Shown: positions 63,382 through 64,000 of the stretch, piece by piece
Position numbering within the stretch: the first letter of the stretch is position 1
How the letters are laid out: each line of letters opens with the position of its first letter
Assembly (NCBI RefSeq): GCF_026571515.1
Contig: NW_026864036.1
Span: 1-64,000, forward strand
Length of the DNA: 64,000 nucleotides
Source: Ruditapes philippinarum
Taxonomy: Eukaryota
Direction of reading: 5' to 3'
Translations under genes and position numbers: made by a program
Notes under the pieces: generated by a model
The model's database searches: none
What the model was told of the DNA's origin: nothing
The model's input: only the letters and a program-made list of their open reading frames with translations

Positions 63382-64000
63382 ATTTGTCCTATTTTATGGG
63401 ATGATTTCCAATATTTGCTCGTTTTATATGGCCGACATGTATAGGTACATGTATACCCGTATTTGTAGAAACACTCTAGGGGCAAACTTTGGTATCAACA
63501 GCTCGTCAGATGGCGCAAACAAGGTCATTGAAAATCCGCCAAATTCCCGGTGTATGGGGCAGTTTAGTTCGAGTCTGAGAATGTACCCAAAAAGTAGGTG
63601 TGGACCATGTTGATAAGAGATAAACAATCAATTTATTAACATTTTACAATATGCTGTAACGCACTCCCTACTTTCTTAAGAAATAGAAACATTTAAGTTC
63701 AAAATTTGTCATTGTCACTAACTAAAAAAAATGTATAAAAAGTCAATTGTCGTTTGCTGGTTTATAACATGTTACACGCCTGTTTTGTACTATTAAATTA
63801 AGCTTATTTAACCGAATTATCGTTATTTCAGTTGTTAACATGCAATTTTCAAGTATGTTGAAATTTAATTTTAAGTTTACATTTTGATAGGGTCCCAGGT
63901 CATATCACAAGGGCTTGAGATAATTGGTAACTTAAAAAACTACAGATTTCGAATCAAGTCGTTGAATTATAACAACACAGTTACAGTACAGTTACAGTAC

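Overview
AT-rich eukaryotic genomic DNA. It is most likely from a bivalve mollusc, inferred from the repeat families and gene types. Left 44 kb: a tandem array of three duplicated units, each built around an intronless single-cysteine-cluster Toll-like receptor gene on the minus strand (4455-6693, 18325-20223 5'-truncated, 39220-41463). Each TLR is paired head-to-head with a decayed, inverted TLR 5'/ectodomain relic on the plus strand (11477-, 28085-, 43512-). The units differ by many nested insertions: Helentron-like elements carrying tRNA-like modules, a double piggyBac-type MITE that brackets foreign DNA, a 128-bp palindrome at the TLR2 breakpoint, a Gmr1-like Ty3/Gypsy retrotransposon (integrase before RT, tRNA-Pro PBS), a 4-kb TIR element, Kolobok-like MITEs, and SINE/LINE relics. 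Right 18 kb: two convergent spliced genes that the ORF track shows only as fragments. One is a 5-exon secreted Sushi + chitin-binding protein (+, about 189 aa). The other is a 15-exon, 1032-aa secreted mosaic lectin (-): 3x SUEL, mucin-like Thr tracts, F5/8C discoidin, C-type lectin with QPD, and CBM14. Several stretches, above all about 33.9-38.3 kb, look like unpolished long-read consensus, so many frameshifts may be sequencing errors.
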